From: Squalus acanthias
Lineage: Eukaryota
NCBI GenBank assembly: GCA_030390025.1
Contig: CM059431.1
Span: forward strand, 103,976,001 to 104,040,000
Length of the DNA stretch: 64,000 bases
Direction: 5' to 3'
Numbering within the stretch: position 1 is the stretch's first letter; each line of letters starts with the position of its first letter. The translations under genes and the position numbers were made by a program. The notes beneath the pieces were generated by a model. It saw nothing but the letters and a program-made list of their open reading frames with translations. It searched no databases and was not told where the DNA came from. Positions 1-12,130 of the stretch are shown one piece after another.

Positions 1-190
1 CTCCCTCAACCTCTCCACCTCTCTCTACCTCTCTTTCCTCCTTTAAGACGCTCCTTAAAACATAACTCTTTGACCATCTGCCCAAATATCTCGTGGCTCG
101 ATGTCAAATTTTGTTTTATTACGCTCCTGTGAAGCGCCTTGTTTTGCCATGTTAAAGGCTATTTAAATACAAGTTGTTGCTGTTGTTGGT
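1..190 (+). mobile_element. L2 LINE 3' end (continues off the window edge)
   Basis: CCTTTAAGACGCTCCTTAAAA...TGTGAAGCGCCTT...TACAAGTTGTTG tail, same as the L2 copies at 5920-6641 and 13035-13438. Confidence 0.8.
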
Positions 191-341
191 GCATTTCCTG
201 ATTCTATTTATTGATTTCTGTTCTAGAAATAATACATAAAGGAGCTGTACTGTATTCTAGTCAGACGAAGTCTCCAGACCTGTCCGTTGACCTTACCGAG
301 AACCATATGGGACATGACTTCTGCCTTGTTTTCATGAGGTT

Positions 342-660
342 CACAGAATCACAGAATCCCCACAGTGCAGATAGAGGCCATTTCGGCCCATCGAGCCTGC
401 ACCGACACATATCCCACCCTATCCCCATAACCCCACCTATTTAATCCCCCTAACACTAAGCGTCAATTATATCATAGCCAAATCAATCTAACCCACACAT
501 CTTTGGACTGTGGGAGGAAACCGGAGCACCCTGGAGGAAATCCACGCAGACACGGGGAGAATGTGCAAACTCCGCACAGACAGTCACCCGTGGCCGGATT
601 CGAACCCAGGTCCCTGGCGCTGTGAGGCAACAGTGCTAACCACTATGCCACCGTGTCGCC
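342..660 (-). mobile_element. HE1-type V-SINE (tRNA-derived, shark)
   Basis: Minus strand: tRNA head with A box TGGCATAGTGG and B box GGTTCGAATCC, V-domain GTTTGCACATTCTCCCCGTGTCTGCGTGG...CTCCGGTTTCCTCCCACAGTCCAAAGA, and a CR1-like (ATTCTGTG)n tail. Confidence 0.85.
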
Positions 661-2123
661 AGGTTGCTGGAAATAATTTTGTTGCTCTCTCCCTTTGTCT
701 GTTACTGTTTTCTTTCTTTGTATGCTCCCTCTCACTCTCTTATTCCCCATCTGGGTCTGCCTTTGTGATTTTTGTTTTAAGCAAAAAGTGGACAAGGGCA
801 CAAAGCCGTGTTTCACCCAACAAAGACAGGGAATTTCAGCTGCCCCTTGTGTGTCTGTTATTCTTGCCGCCCTTTCTCTCTATGTTTCTCCGTCCCTGTG
901 TCTCTGTTGACTCCTCCTCGCACTTCTCGCTTGAATTTACTTTTTCTTTCAGTGTTTCGATTCCAGCAATGTTGTCTGGGCTTTTCCAACTGATTGCAGT
1001 TACCTCCAGCGATCTCTTCCAAGTCTAGGTCTCCACCACTGCGCTCATGCCCCTCCGTTTCCCAGGTCTTTGAGCAGCTGAAGAGGGTGCTGCATAAGTT
1101 CCTTCCCTGCTGCCCCAAACCCCTGAACAGCTGATCAATGTACGTGTAGCAAGATTGAAAAGATAAATTCGAGCTAAGCAAGACCTGTGTGTGGCTGAGA
1201 ATCAGTGGACCCCTCTTGGGTTTGGTGGCTCTGACAACTGTAGCATTCACTGGTGCCTTTAAGGCAGCGTTGTCTCTTGTGCCCCAACAATCACCTCAGT
1301 TTCAACTTGAGAAAGGGAATACCAGTGGAAATTTTCCATTAACCTCTCCAGCCATCCTTCGATTCTATGTTGACCCCTTTGAAGGTGAGTTTCTGTTATT
1401 TTATGCTGTGGATTTATCCTGGGTTAAAGCTGCCCAAGCTCATTTCAATTAGGATCGGTACGATTGCAAGGAAGAAGAGACTTTTATTCCACCTGCGTTC
1501 CGTACTCTCCGCTGCGCTAAAGTCCAGGTGGTGGAAGGATGGCACGCCAACAACTGCAAAGCCCTGGTCTTTCCAGCAGCAACTTTAACCTTCGGTTTCT
1601 TCAGTTGAAGAGGCTGATAGATTCGCATTGCACGGATGCAGCTACCCAATGTATTATGTTATTTTACAACAAAGAACATAGAAGGAAGCAACAGCGACTG
1701 AGCGAGCTTAAGGTCAAACATAATGACAGAAGTGCTTTAAAGATATTGGAATGCAGAACATTGGGCCAGGAATAGAATAACCTGCAATAGGAGAGGGAAA
1801 AAAGAAACAAATGAGAATTTGGTCATAGCCTGAGCAATTTAGGTTGTAGTGATCAGAATGAGATTAAAACACCAGGATGAAGAATATTAGATTCCCCAGG
1901 TTTGCTCAAAGATAATAAGGGAATGTGATCAAGCAGAAACCCAATTAAAGTTTTTGATTGAGTTTCGAAATATATCCCACTTTTCCTATAATTGATTTGT
2001 TTTCTCAGGGTCGCTGCTCGAGACTAATTTAAAATCAGGTGCATCTATTAACTGACCTTTAAAATTGGCTATGTCTATTAACTGACCTTTGTGTGATAGT
2101 GGGAGTTTAACTTTGTTTTCAAA

Positions 2124-2575
2124 AAAGAAAGACTTGCACTTATACAGCGCCTTTCACAACCACCGAACGTCCCAAAGCGCTTTACATCCAATGAAGTACT
2201 TTTTAAAGTGTAGCCACTGTTGTAATGTAGGAAACAAGGCAGCCAATTTGCACACAACAAGCTCCCACAAACAGCAATGTGACAATGACCAGATAATCTG
2301 TTTTTTAGCAATGTTGATTGAGAGATAAATATTGGTCAGGACACTGGGGATAACTTCTTTACTCTTCTTCGAAATAGTGCCACGGGATCTTTCACGTCCA
2401 CCTGAGAGAGCAGACGGGGCCTCGGTTTAACGTCTCATCCGAAAGATGGCACCTTCGACAGTGCAGCACTGGGAGTGTCAGCCTAGATTTTTTGTGCTCA
2501 AGTCTCTGGCGTGGGGCTTGAACCCACAACCTTCTGACTCAGAAGTGAAGGGGTTACCAACTAAGCCACGGCTGA
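2124..2575 (-). mobile_element. Deu-domain tRNA SINE (SacSINE1/AmnSINE1-like), near full length
   Basis: tRNA-like head (GGTTCAAGCCCC), Deu core GGTGCCATCTTTCGGATGAGACGTTAAACCGAGGCCCCGTCTG, L2-like tail AAGGCGCTGTATAAGTGCAAGTCTTTC. Confidence 0.85.
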
Positions 2576-2834
2576 TGATTGCTCATACTCAACTGTATTG
2601 GGAGCTAGAGAAATTTCGATAACAACGCAGGTGGTCAACTCATCCCAGCTCCAGCACTAACCCTAACTGGAATTGATGTTGTTTTAGTTGCTTGAATGTA
2701 TACTACTACTGAAGTTATATATGAAATATAGAAACACAAAATTCTGTTCCTGAAAAAATATCGATGGCAGATTTTGATTTTAATCGCATTCAAAAAAAAT
2801 ACCAAACAATCCTGATATATTGATTTGTATCCTT

Positions 2835-3180
2835 GATACCTTGAGAGATCTCGCTATCTCTGCAACCTCCACCAGCCCCCACAACCCCCCCCACCGAGAT
2901 CAATGCGCTCCTTCAATTCTGGCCTCTTGAGCATTAACAATTTTAATCGCTCCATCTTTGGCGGCCGTGCCTTCAGCTGCCTGGGCCCTGAGCTCTGGAA
3001 TTCCCCTTCCTAAACCTCTCCGCCTCTCTACCTCTCTCTCATCCGTTAAGACGCTCCGTAAAACCTATCTCACCTGTCCTAATATCTCCTTATGTGACTC
3101 GATGTCAAGTTTAGTTTGCTAACGCTTCTGTGAAGCGCGTTGAGATGTTTTACTACGTTAAAGGCAAGTTGTTGTTGTTG
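2835..3180 (+). mobile_element. L2 LINE 3' fragment
   Basis: Homologous to the other L2 3' ends; (GTT)n tail. Confidence 0.8.
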
Positions 3181-3735
3181 TAAGAGGAGACAATGAACAA
3201 ACTTCACATTGAGCAACACAGTCGCTGAAATATCACCGTGCACTGATCCAATTAACTAACCCATTGTGAAATATTCTCTGACCTATTCTACTTACATCTG
3301 TTTTTGGTGTATTAACTAATTTACAACTGTCATTGATTTTTCTCACAGAAAGAATACTAATGCAGCAGCAGAAATAATTGATGTGACATTCAGCCTCGTG
3401 TTTAATTCAGCCCCAAATCAGGTGATGTTGACAGAAGATGTATCAAAGCAGACAATTCCTGTGTATACCTGACTTGATGTATATCACTTTCAAAGGTCTT
3501 TATTCTTCATCAAATTCTGTATTACTTATGAAAGATTTATTATTTAATAAAAAGGTGAGGAACGTTACTTCTGGGAAAAGGAACATTTTCCACTTGCAGT
3601 ACGCAGTGTTAGCAACAAGAAGCATCTCCAGGTCAGGTACAGTACAGCCAGATGCAGAGAAAGGCTCCCCCTGCTCTATCCCAAGTGCGTGCTTCAGCTG
3701 CAGGGTAACTCGTACTGGAACCACTGTGACACGTT

Positions 3736-5079
3736 GGCCTCGATTTGCGCTGAGAATAATGGTGAGGCTAACAGCGCTCACCGTCATTATGGAGTAAATC
3801 GGACAGCAACTTCTGGACACCGCACATACCGCAGTTAAACGCGGAAATCCGGAAGTTGCGGTCCGAGTTACCCTGCTCCTCCACAGGCTGCGCTATAATG
3901 GTAGCTCGTTGATAGACTTGGTATTGAATTCCATGCAAGGGCATGAAGTTGGGGTACTTACACACTAGATACCCACTAAACACGCCAGAAAAGGTTAGGA
4001 CTGGTGCATTCAGGAGTAAGTGAATTTTTTAAAAGCGTGATAAGTGATAATTACTGCCAAACAACCGCTCTGGCACTGAAAACTTAATTTTACAAGTGTG
4101 GAGTCTCATTCCTTCAGAATTTAATTAGTGCTGGAGATTTTTTTTAAATTGCAATTTAAATTATTTTTTTCTTTTTCTGTCTGTCTCTTTTATCTCTCTC
4201 TCTTAATCCTATCTTTCTTTCCCTCTTTTTTTCTCGCTTTCTGTACATGATTTAAATCTAAGTTATACTTCCTGGTTTATACTCGCTGGTTTGGACTCTG
4301 TGGGGGAATTTTTACTTACTGACGCATTGGGAGCGGGGTGGAGGGGTCCGGTGAACACAGATGTCTGGGCTTCCCCGCACGCTTGTGGGGATTTAACTCC
4401 ACAGCGTGCGTCTTATGTCTTTGACAGGTTCCCCGCCCGGAAGTCAGCCTGATTGACAGGCATGGCTTCCAGTCGGGCGGGAACCATTCACAGGTGGCTG
4501 CAGGACCAGGTAGGTCCGATCCCTGACCCCGGGGGTGGGGGGTCCCATCCTGCTCCTCCTGGCCCACAAGGTGTGCCCCCCCCCCAACCCCAGGCTGTCC
4601 TCGCCTTGCTGCAGCCGCTGGAATCCCGGCCGGCCGCAGTAAAACCTGCGCAGCAGGTTAAAACCGAGGCTTCCAGCCTACTTAACATATTTGAAATGCC
4701 ATCCCGCCTCCTGGGAGCGGGTTGGCTGCCCGCCTCTTGTCCCGCCTCGGGTAAAACCCGGAAGTCGGTGGGTTGGAGCCGGCTCCCCGACACGCCCCGA
4801 AGTTCTGGCCAATCAACCCCCACTCCGAGCCGCACACCATGTTAAAGTTCATCCCTGCATGTTTCAGTGAGGATTCTTCAATCTGATTGGTTGAGGAGAC
4901 ACGCTGTTGCTTAACCTGCTCGCACATCGCCACAGATCCCCTGGAGAGGGCGCTGTGTTGGATCAGGTGCCCGATCACAGCAAGTCTCCGCTCAAAAGCC
5001 TGCCAAAGGTCTGTGGGCAGCTGTCAGCGTAGTGACTGGCAAGCGCAGTTCCTTCGCCGCTGACCGCAAAATCCGGGCC
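3736..5079. mobile_element. Non-autonomous TIR element (Harbinger-like MITE) containing a nested second TIR element
   Basis: Termini GGCCTCGATTTGCG / CGCAAAATCCGGGCC; GC-rich ends, AT-rich middle, internal hairpins. Confidence 0.55.
4302..4855. mobile_element. Nested GC-rich TIR element (MITE)
   Basis: Termini GGGGGAATTTTTAC / GTTAAAGTTCATCCC; abrupt rise in GC inside the host element. Confidence 0.5.
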
Positions 5080-5214
5080 TTTGTGAATTTCCCACGCCAA
5101 CCAGTCCCCCGTCAATGGTAAGATTGCCAATTAGTGCCAATAGGGGCACTTTTGCGCTGTATGCCTACTCCTGATAGGAACTGGATTGAAATACAGCCAG
5201 AAGAGATGCCTTTA

Positions 5215-5290
5215 GTCCCATCACTCTGGGCTGATTTTGAACCTAGGTCCCAGAGGTGAATGCCAAAGATCTCACCCACTCTGTCACCCT
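5215..5290 (-). mobile_element. Old tRNA-SINE head remnant, LF-SINE-like
   Basis: Minus strand TTCACCTCTGGGACCTAGGTTCAAAATCAGCCCAG resembles the LF-SINE head/B-box region as I recall it. Confidence 0.35.
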
Positions 5291-5574
5291 GTTCTCTCCT
5301 GAAGGATGTCTAATGAGTGTTTAGAACTTGAAAAACAATATATCACAAAGACCAGGACAATCATTGAACGGAATACATATTGTTCAATTATGCATCTCCA
5401 ATTCGAAGAATGTATTCCACAATTATTAGTTAACTCTTGCATACAGGAACATCTACTTTATAAAAACTAATCCTGCCATGTAGCTTCCTAGCTTTTATTT
5501 TTAGATGATGACAGTATGGCTGGAAAAAAAGTCTGCGTATAGGAATATTTCATGATTTAGGCACCAATAAGATA

Positions 5575-5843
5575 GCAACAGCAACAACAAGAACTTGCAT
5601 TTATATAGCACCTTTAACATCCTAAGGTGCTTCACAGGAGCGTTACCAAACATAATTTGACCCCGAGCCACATAAGGAGATATTAGGGCAGGTGGTCAAA
5701 GAGGTAAGTGCTAAGGAGCGTCTTAAAGGAGGAAAAAGAGGTGGAGAGGCGGAGAGGTTTAGGCAGGGAATTCCAGAGCCTGGGGCCTTGGCAGCTGAAG
5801 GGACGGCCGCCAATGGTGGAGCAATGGAAATCGGGGATGCTCA
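5575..5843 (-). mobile_element. L2 LINE 3' fragment
   Basis: Minus-strand translation IPDFHCSTIGGRPFSCQGPRLWNSLPKPLRL; (TTG)n tail. Confidence 0.8.
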
Positions 5844-5919
5844 AGATAACTACACGTGTAATAGTTCCACTATGGCACTTTCCTGTTATTATGGTCATTG
5901 AAATAAAGCTTCTTGATGC

Positions 5920-6641
5920 TATATTTGACCCTGAAATGAGCTTCCGACCACATATCCGCAGCATAACAAAGACCGCCTATTTCCACCTCCATAACATCGC
6001 CCGTCTCCGCCCCTGCCTCAGCTCATCTGCTGCTGAAACCCTCATCCATGCCTTTGTTACCTCTAGACTTGACTATTCCAACGCACTCCTGGCTGGCCTC
6101 CCACATTCCACCCTACGTAAACTTGAGGTGATCCAAAGCTCGGCTGCCCGTGTCCTAACTCGCACCAAGTCCCGTTGCCCGTCACCCCTGTGCTCACTGA
6201 CCTACATTGGCTCCTGGTTAAGCAACGCCTCGATTTCAAAATTCTCATCCTTGTTTTCAAATCCCTCCATGGCCTCGTCCCTCCCTATCTCTGTAATCTC
6301 CTCCAGCCCCACAACTCCCCGAGATATCTGCGCTCCTCTAATTCTGCCCTCTTGAGCATCTCCGATTATAATCGCTCAACCATTGGCAGCCATGCCTTCT
6401 GTTCCCTAGGCCCTAAGCTCTGGAATTCCCTGCCTAAACCTCTCCGCCTCGCTACCTCTCTTTCCTCCTTTAAGACGCTCCTTAAAACCTACGTCTTTGA
6501 CCAAGCTTTTGGTCACCTGCCCTAATTTATCCTTATGTGGATCGGTGTCAAATTTTTTTGTCTTACAATACTCCTGTGAAGCGCCTTGGGACGTTTTACT
6601 ACGTTAAAGGCGCTATATAAATACAAATTGTTGCTGTTGTT
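5920..6641 (+). mobile_element. L2 LINE ORF2 C-terminus and 3' UTR, frameshifted
   Basis: L2-typical motifs AETLIHAFVTSRLDYSNALLAGLP, VTPVLTDLHWL and LWNSLP. Confidence 0.9.
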
Positions 6642-7103
6642 CTGATGAGTATTTTTGAATGGAAATCTTGCGGCCACCATCAGTTTGTTTAAGCACATTC
6701 AGTTTTATGGGGTATCTCTAGAGCCAGAATCAAATAAAGTAACACAATTGCCGGGAATGCATTGGCTGATTAAGAAAATGCCATATCCCAGATGTCAAAG
6801 TAATTGATAACTCTATCTGCATCAGTTTAACGTTTCTGAAAAAAAAATTTGATACATTAAGTGTTATCTAATTTAGTTAAAAGTCCAAAAATCTGAATCA
6901 AGATGCTTTGTTTCCCCAAAGACAATTGTTATCCCAATTACCAAAGAAAAGGAGAAGCTTTAGTGGCAAATTGACGAGATCCAATAGCTGAATCTTTTAT
7001 TGAGAACAGTATCTGTCTTTCCTGCAATTGTAAGTACAGAAATAAATCACAAGGTAGTTATGAAAGAGATAGGCGATTCGGTACATTTTGATTCATCCAA
7101 CTT

Positions 7104-10092
7104 TGATCTCACAAAGGCCTTCGACACTGTCAACGGTGAGGGATTATGGAGTGTCCTCCTCAAATTCGGCTGCCCTCAAAATTTTTCACCATCCTCTGCC
7201 TGCTTCATGACGACATGCAAGCCGTGATCCTAACCAACGGTTCCACCACAGACCCAATTCACGTACAAACCGGGGTCAAGCTAGGCTGTGTCATCGCACC
7301 AACGCTCTTCTCGATTTTACTTGGTGCAATGCTCCATCTCACCCTCAGTAAGCTCCCCGCTGGAGTGGAGCTAATTTACAGAACAAACGGGAAACTGTTC
7401 AACCTCCATCGCCTCCAGTCCAGATCCAAGGTTGTCCCATCCTCTGTCGTCAAATTACAGTATGCAGACGACGCTTGCGTCTGCGCTCACTCGGAGGTCG
7501 AACTCCAAACCATCGTTAACACCTTCACCAAAGCGTACGAGAGCATGGGCCTTACACTAAACATCCGTAAGACAATGGTCCTCTACCAACCTGCCCCCGC
7601 CACACAGTACTACATCCCGATTATCAAAATCCACGACAAGGCCTTGGACAACGTGGACCACTTTCCATACCTCGGGAGCCTACTGTCAACAAGGGCAGAC
7701 GTCGATGACAAAATCCAACACCGCCTTCAGTGTGCCAGTGCAGTCTTCGGTCGCCTGAGGAAGAGAGTGTTTGAAGACCAGGACCTCAAACCCAGCACTA
7801 AGCTCATGGTCTACAGAGCAGCAGTGATACCCGCCCTGCTGTATGCCTCAGAGACATGGACCATGAACAGCAGGCACCTCAAAGCACTGGAGAGGTACCA
7901 CCAACACTGCCTCCGCAAGATCCTGCAAATCCATTAGCAGGATAGGTGCACCAACGTCAGTGTTCTCGCTCAGGCCAACATCCCCAGCATCGAAGCTTTG
8001 ACCACGCTCGATTGTCCGCATGCCCGATACGAGACTCCCGAAACAAGCGCTCTACTCGGAGCTCCGGCATGGCAAGAGAGACCCAGGTGGGCAGAGGAAA
8101 TGCTTCAAGGATACCCTCAAAGCCTCCTTGAAAAAGTGTAACATCCCCACCGACACCTGGGAATCCCTGGCCCAAGACTGCACAAAGTGGAGGAGAAGCA
8201 TCCGGGAAGGCACCGAACACCTCGAGTCTCTTTGCCGGGAGCAAGCGGAAGCCAAACACAGGCAGTGCAAGGAGCGCACGTCAACCCAAGCGCCCCACCC
8301 TGTAAGGGGGACGTGTCTCAGACGGTGCTGGTGCGAGGTTAGGCCTTCGTTGCCTATACTATTGCTTGCTCTGGTCTCCGGCCAGCCTTTTTGCAATAAG
8401 CACCTGTGAGTGGTTCGATCCACTCGCCCTTACGGTTCTAACACTGGACTTAGGTGCAGGGAGCAGTAATGCAGAGAAAAACTCAAATAGACCCGGTTGA
8501 ATAGTACGAAATGGAAATCTTTATTGCATGGCGTCTAAAATCATGAAATACATGTCATAGGCGCAAATCAAAGATAGTACAAGTATACATACATTCATAA
8601 AGCTTGGTCTATGGAAATGGAGAACACACGGCACATCGTAGAAAGGGGAACACATTATATCTTAACCTTATTAAAACCACCCTCCCTTAATAATACCTAC
8701 ACTATGTCTAGATTTGTAGGATCAGAAATCATGTTCACCACTCGTTTTACTTCGGAGATTTTTAAAGTGAGGCACTCGGCTCGTTTCGCTGCAGCGCCTG
8801 ACTGTCACGTGTTTGGAAGGGTCTCTGCACCCCACTTGTTTACTTTCGCTGCTGCGAAAAGCAGGCCAAACTCCCTGTTGTCATGAAGAACTCGACGGAC
8901 CCAAACCGGATCGTGCAGTAATCCGTAGAATTCAAAGGAAACGGTACATGTAGAAGTCGGTAGAACTCAAAGAAAAGTCCTGTATTTATATTTTCGGGCA
9001 TGGTCGGGGTTTACTGACCATGGCAGCATGTGGAATTTCTTCTCGTCTTCTTCTCGTCTTCTTCTCGTCTCGTCTCCTCGGGCCTCCGGGTCCAGACACC
9101 GTTTACCGACACTCGGGATGGTGTACCCTGTTACTTGCCCTTGTCGGGGCGGCTCGTACCGATTGAGCTCCACCCAACACTCGAATAACCGATCAGTACG
9201 GCTAAGAGTTGAGAGTCAACAAAGTCCAGAGAGAAAATCAAGGGCCCACAAGTCAAGCGAGTTCATGAAGAGGCAAGCGAATAAGAGAATAAGCCTGAGT
9301 CAAGAGAGCGATGGACATTTGTTCTCTATAGTTATAGTGATGTGTCCGCTTATCTCCCGCTCAAATCTTAATGTTTGTCCTTTGTGTAATATTGGCGCTC
9401 AAAACTCCCAGCATGGGGCGATTATCTTCTTTAACGGGTTTCGGTAGCACCTGAAACTGGCCACCTATCCGTTAATGTTTTCCCCATTGTTGGCCCAGCC
9501 AGGATGTGTATGAATCGTCTCCCTGACTGGTTTTGGGGGCCCCCGAATACCGACTTAATCACCCGTCAATGTCTCTCTCATTGTAGAGCCGGGGGGGTAA
9601 TTGTGTATTGATGTGTCTGGATGGGCCTTCGATTGCCCAGTACAATGATCCTTACTGTGCATAGGAAAACGATTCCAGCACTTATATCTTTGCTATTGTT
9701 CCAAATGCAAACGGGTTGCATCCTGTCTTTATCAGTGTTTACCGAGTATGATCCAATCTTATACTGAATGTATATTCGGCGCCATCTTGTCTGCCCACTG
9801 TGTTTCTGGAAGCTTCTGCCATGATGCGCGGTGGCCATTTTACAGGCTTCTGTGTCCTTTATTATCAGGACAGCATTTCGTTTAATAAAACTGATCTAAT
9901 GAATCTGCTTCTCTCATGTTATTTTGAATCGCGATAATTGCGAAACTTTACAACCCACCCGTCCCTTCAACCACCGTCTGCCCCACCTGTGACAGAGACT
10001 GCATTGGACTCATCAGTCACCTGCGAACTCATTTTTAATGTGGAAGCAAGTCATCCTCGGTTCCGAGGGACTGCCTAAGAAGAAGAAGAAGA
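7104..10092 (+). mobile_element. RTE-clade LINE, 5'-truncated, interrupted by an LTR-like insertion
   Basis: FDLTKAFD, GVKLGCVIAPTLF, LQYADD and FPYLGS RT motifs; RLPKQALYSEL; (AGA)n tail; 33-bp TSD at 7071-7103 and 10093-10125. Confidence 0.92.
8301..9952 (-). mobile_element. Putative solo LTR (1,652 bp) of an endogenous retrovirus or LTR retrotransposon
   Basis: TGTAA...TTACA termini; perfect 4-bp TSD ACCC (8297-8300, 9953-9956) confirmed against the uninterrupted RTE copy near 48850; minus-strand TATAAATA (~8985) upstream of AATAAA (~8520). Orientation is tentative because a plus-strand AATAAA also lies at ~9884. Confidence 0.8.
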
Positions 10093-10207
10093 AGGCGATT
10101 CGGTACATTTTGATTCATCCAACTTAAAAAATCCTGAAGTCCCTCCATTGCAGGTACAGTTTTTCTTAAATAACTCTGGGTTTTTGCCCCTACTACTCTG
10201 TCAGTAA

Positions 10208-10855
10208 GGTGGCGGGACAAGTTGAGAAGGCTGTTCAAAAAGCTTACGAGATCCTTGGCTTTATTAATGGAGGAATAGAGTACAAAAGCAAGGAAGTGAT
10301 GCTCAACCTTTATAAACACTGGTTAGGCCTCAGCTGGAGTATTGTGTTCAGTTCTGGGCGCCGCACTTTAGGAAGGATGTCAAGGCCTTGGAGAGGGAGC
10401 GGAGGAGATTTACTGGAATGGTACCAGGGTTGAGGGGCTGCATTAGCTGAGGTTGTTCTCCTTAGAGCAGTGAAGGTTAAGGGGAAATTTGATAGAGGTG
10501 TTCAAAATCATGAAGGGTTTTGAGAGAGTAAATAAGGAGAAACTGTTTCCAGGGGCAGAAGGGTAACCAGTGGACACATATTTAAGGTGATTGACAAAAG
10601 AACCAGAGGTGAAACGAGGAAACATTTTTACACAATGAGTCATTATGATCTGGAACGCGCTGCCTGAAATGGGCGGTGGAAGCAGATTTAATAGTAACTT
10701 TCAAAAGAGAATTGGATAAATACTTGAAAGGAAAAAAATTGCAGGGCTACGGGGAAAGAGCAGGTTGAGTGGGATTAATTGGAGAGCTCTACCAAAGAGC
10801 CGGCACAGGCACGAATGAACTTCTTCTATGCTGTATCATTCTATGATTCTATGAT
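10208..10855 (+). mobile_element. CR1 LINE 3' fragment, degenerate
   Basis: [35 protein letters not shown]; (ATTCTATG)n tail. Confidence 0.88.
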
Positions 10856-11379
10856 CTGTAAATTTGTTTTACACATTGATCACCTTGTGTGTGAAGAATT
10901 TCCTGATAGCAGTCTTCCCCTACCCACCAGCAGCCCCCACCCGTCCCCCCTGCCCCGCGCCCCCATGCGAGCTGAAATTTTAAATGATTGCCTCTTCTCA
11001 GGTACTGCCGCCCTCCCTTTCAAATCCACCCGTGACTATTTGTCCTTGCAAACTACCTTCCCATCTCCAACACGGCTCCTTCTCAACCTCTCTGGAGCCC
11101 ATGAGAAGGTTCGCCACGTCATCATTCTGGGCGGTAAATCAGCCAGCGGGATTTAAATACGACTCAACCTTTAGAATTGTCCAGGTCTCGTTCTGCCATA
11201 GGTGGGCTGGAAATGAACCCGCCAGCCTGCTGTCCCGCTGGAAGCCCTATTCTGAACCTACCTTTTTGACTGTCCCTTCAGCTAACTCTCCTAAATCCTT
11301 ATACTCAGTCTGTCCCTCTCCTGTGAGGTGCCTTTGGGTGTTTAATACATTTCCAATACAAATGCAAGTTGAAGCTGCT

Positions 11380-11905
11380 GTTCAACAACAAAAACTTGCA
11401 TTTATTTAGCGCCTTTATTGTAGTAAAACTTCCAAAGGCGCTTCACAGGCGAGTTATCAAACAAAACTTGCCACCGAACCACACAAGGAGATATTAGGAG
11501 AGATGACCAAAAGCTTGGTCAGAGAGGTAGGTTTTAAGGAGCGCCTTAAAGGAGGAGAGAGAGGTAAAGAGCCGGAGAGGTTTAGGGAGGGAATTCCAGA
11601 GCTTAGGGCCTAGGCAATAGAAGGCACGGCCACCAATGGTGGAGCGATTAAAATCGGGGATGCGCAAGAGGCCAGAATTGGAGGAGGGAAGAGATCTCGG
11701 AGGGTTGGAGGGCTGGAGGAGGTTACAGAGATAGGGAGGGGGCGAGGTCATGGAGGGATTTGAAAACAAGAATGAGAATTATAAAATTGAGGTGTTACTC
11801 AACCTGGAGCCAATGTAGGTCAGCGAGCACAGGGGTGATGGGTGAACGGGACTCGGTGCGAGTTAGGACACGGGCAGCAGAGTTTTGGATGAGCTCAAGT
11901 TTATG
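11380..11905 (-). mobile_element. L2 LINE 3' fragment
   Basis: PYLCNLLQP...STIGGRAFYCLGPKLWNSLP on the minus strand. Confidence 0.85.
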
Positions 11906-12004
11906 GGGGTTCCCGAACTACTTAAACCAGGTGGAAATTAAGTTATGTCCTTCCTGTTGTGTGTGTGTGTGTATTTAAAGAATTAGGTGCAGAAGGATTA
12001 GAAA

Positions 12005-12130
12005 GTTGCGTTTCCCTACATTACAACAGTGACTACACTTTAAAAGTGCTTTATTGGCTGTAAAGCACTTTGGGACATCCTGAGGTTGTGAAAGGCGCTA
12101 TAGAACTGCAACTTCCTTTTTTCTTTTTTT
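12005..12130 (+). mobile_element. Deu-SINE 3' fragment
   Basis: CCTACATTACAACAGTGACT...GAAAGGCGCTATAGAA tail. Confidence 0.7.

Noticed and set aside
1066..1134. Possible terminal exon VFEQLKRVLHKFLPCCPKPLNS* after a CCCAG acceptor
   Set aside because: Short, no recognised homology, no supporting upstream exon in the window
2044..2090. 17-bp direct repeat TCTATTAACTGACCTTT with a 13-bp spacer
   Set aside because: Only two units; a small local duplication, not a CRISPR-like array
9028..9838. ORFs inside the 1.65-kb LTR-like element as possible accessory genes
   Set aside because: Low-complexity or unrecognisable translations with no retroviral motifs
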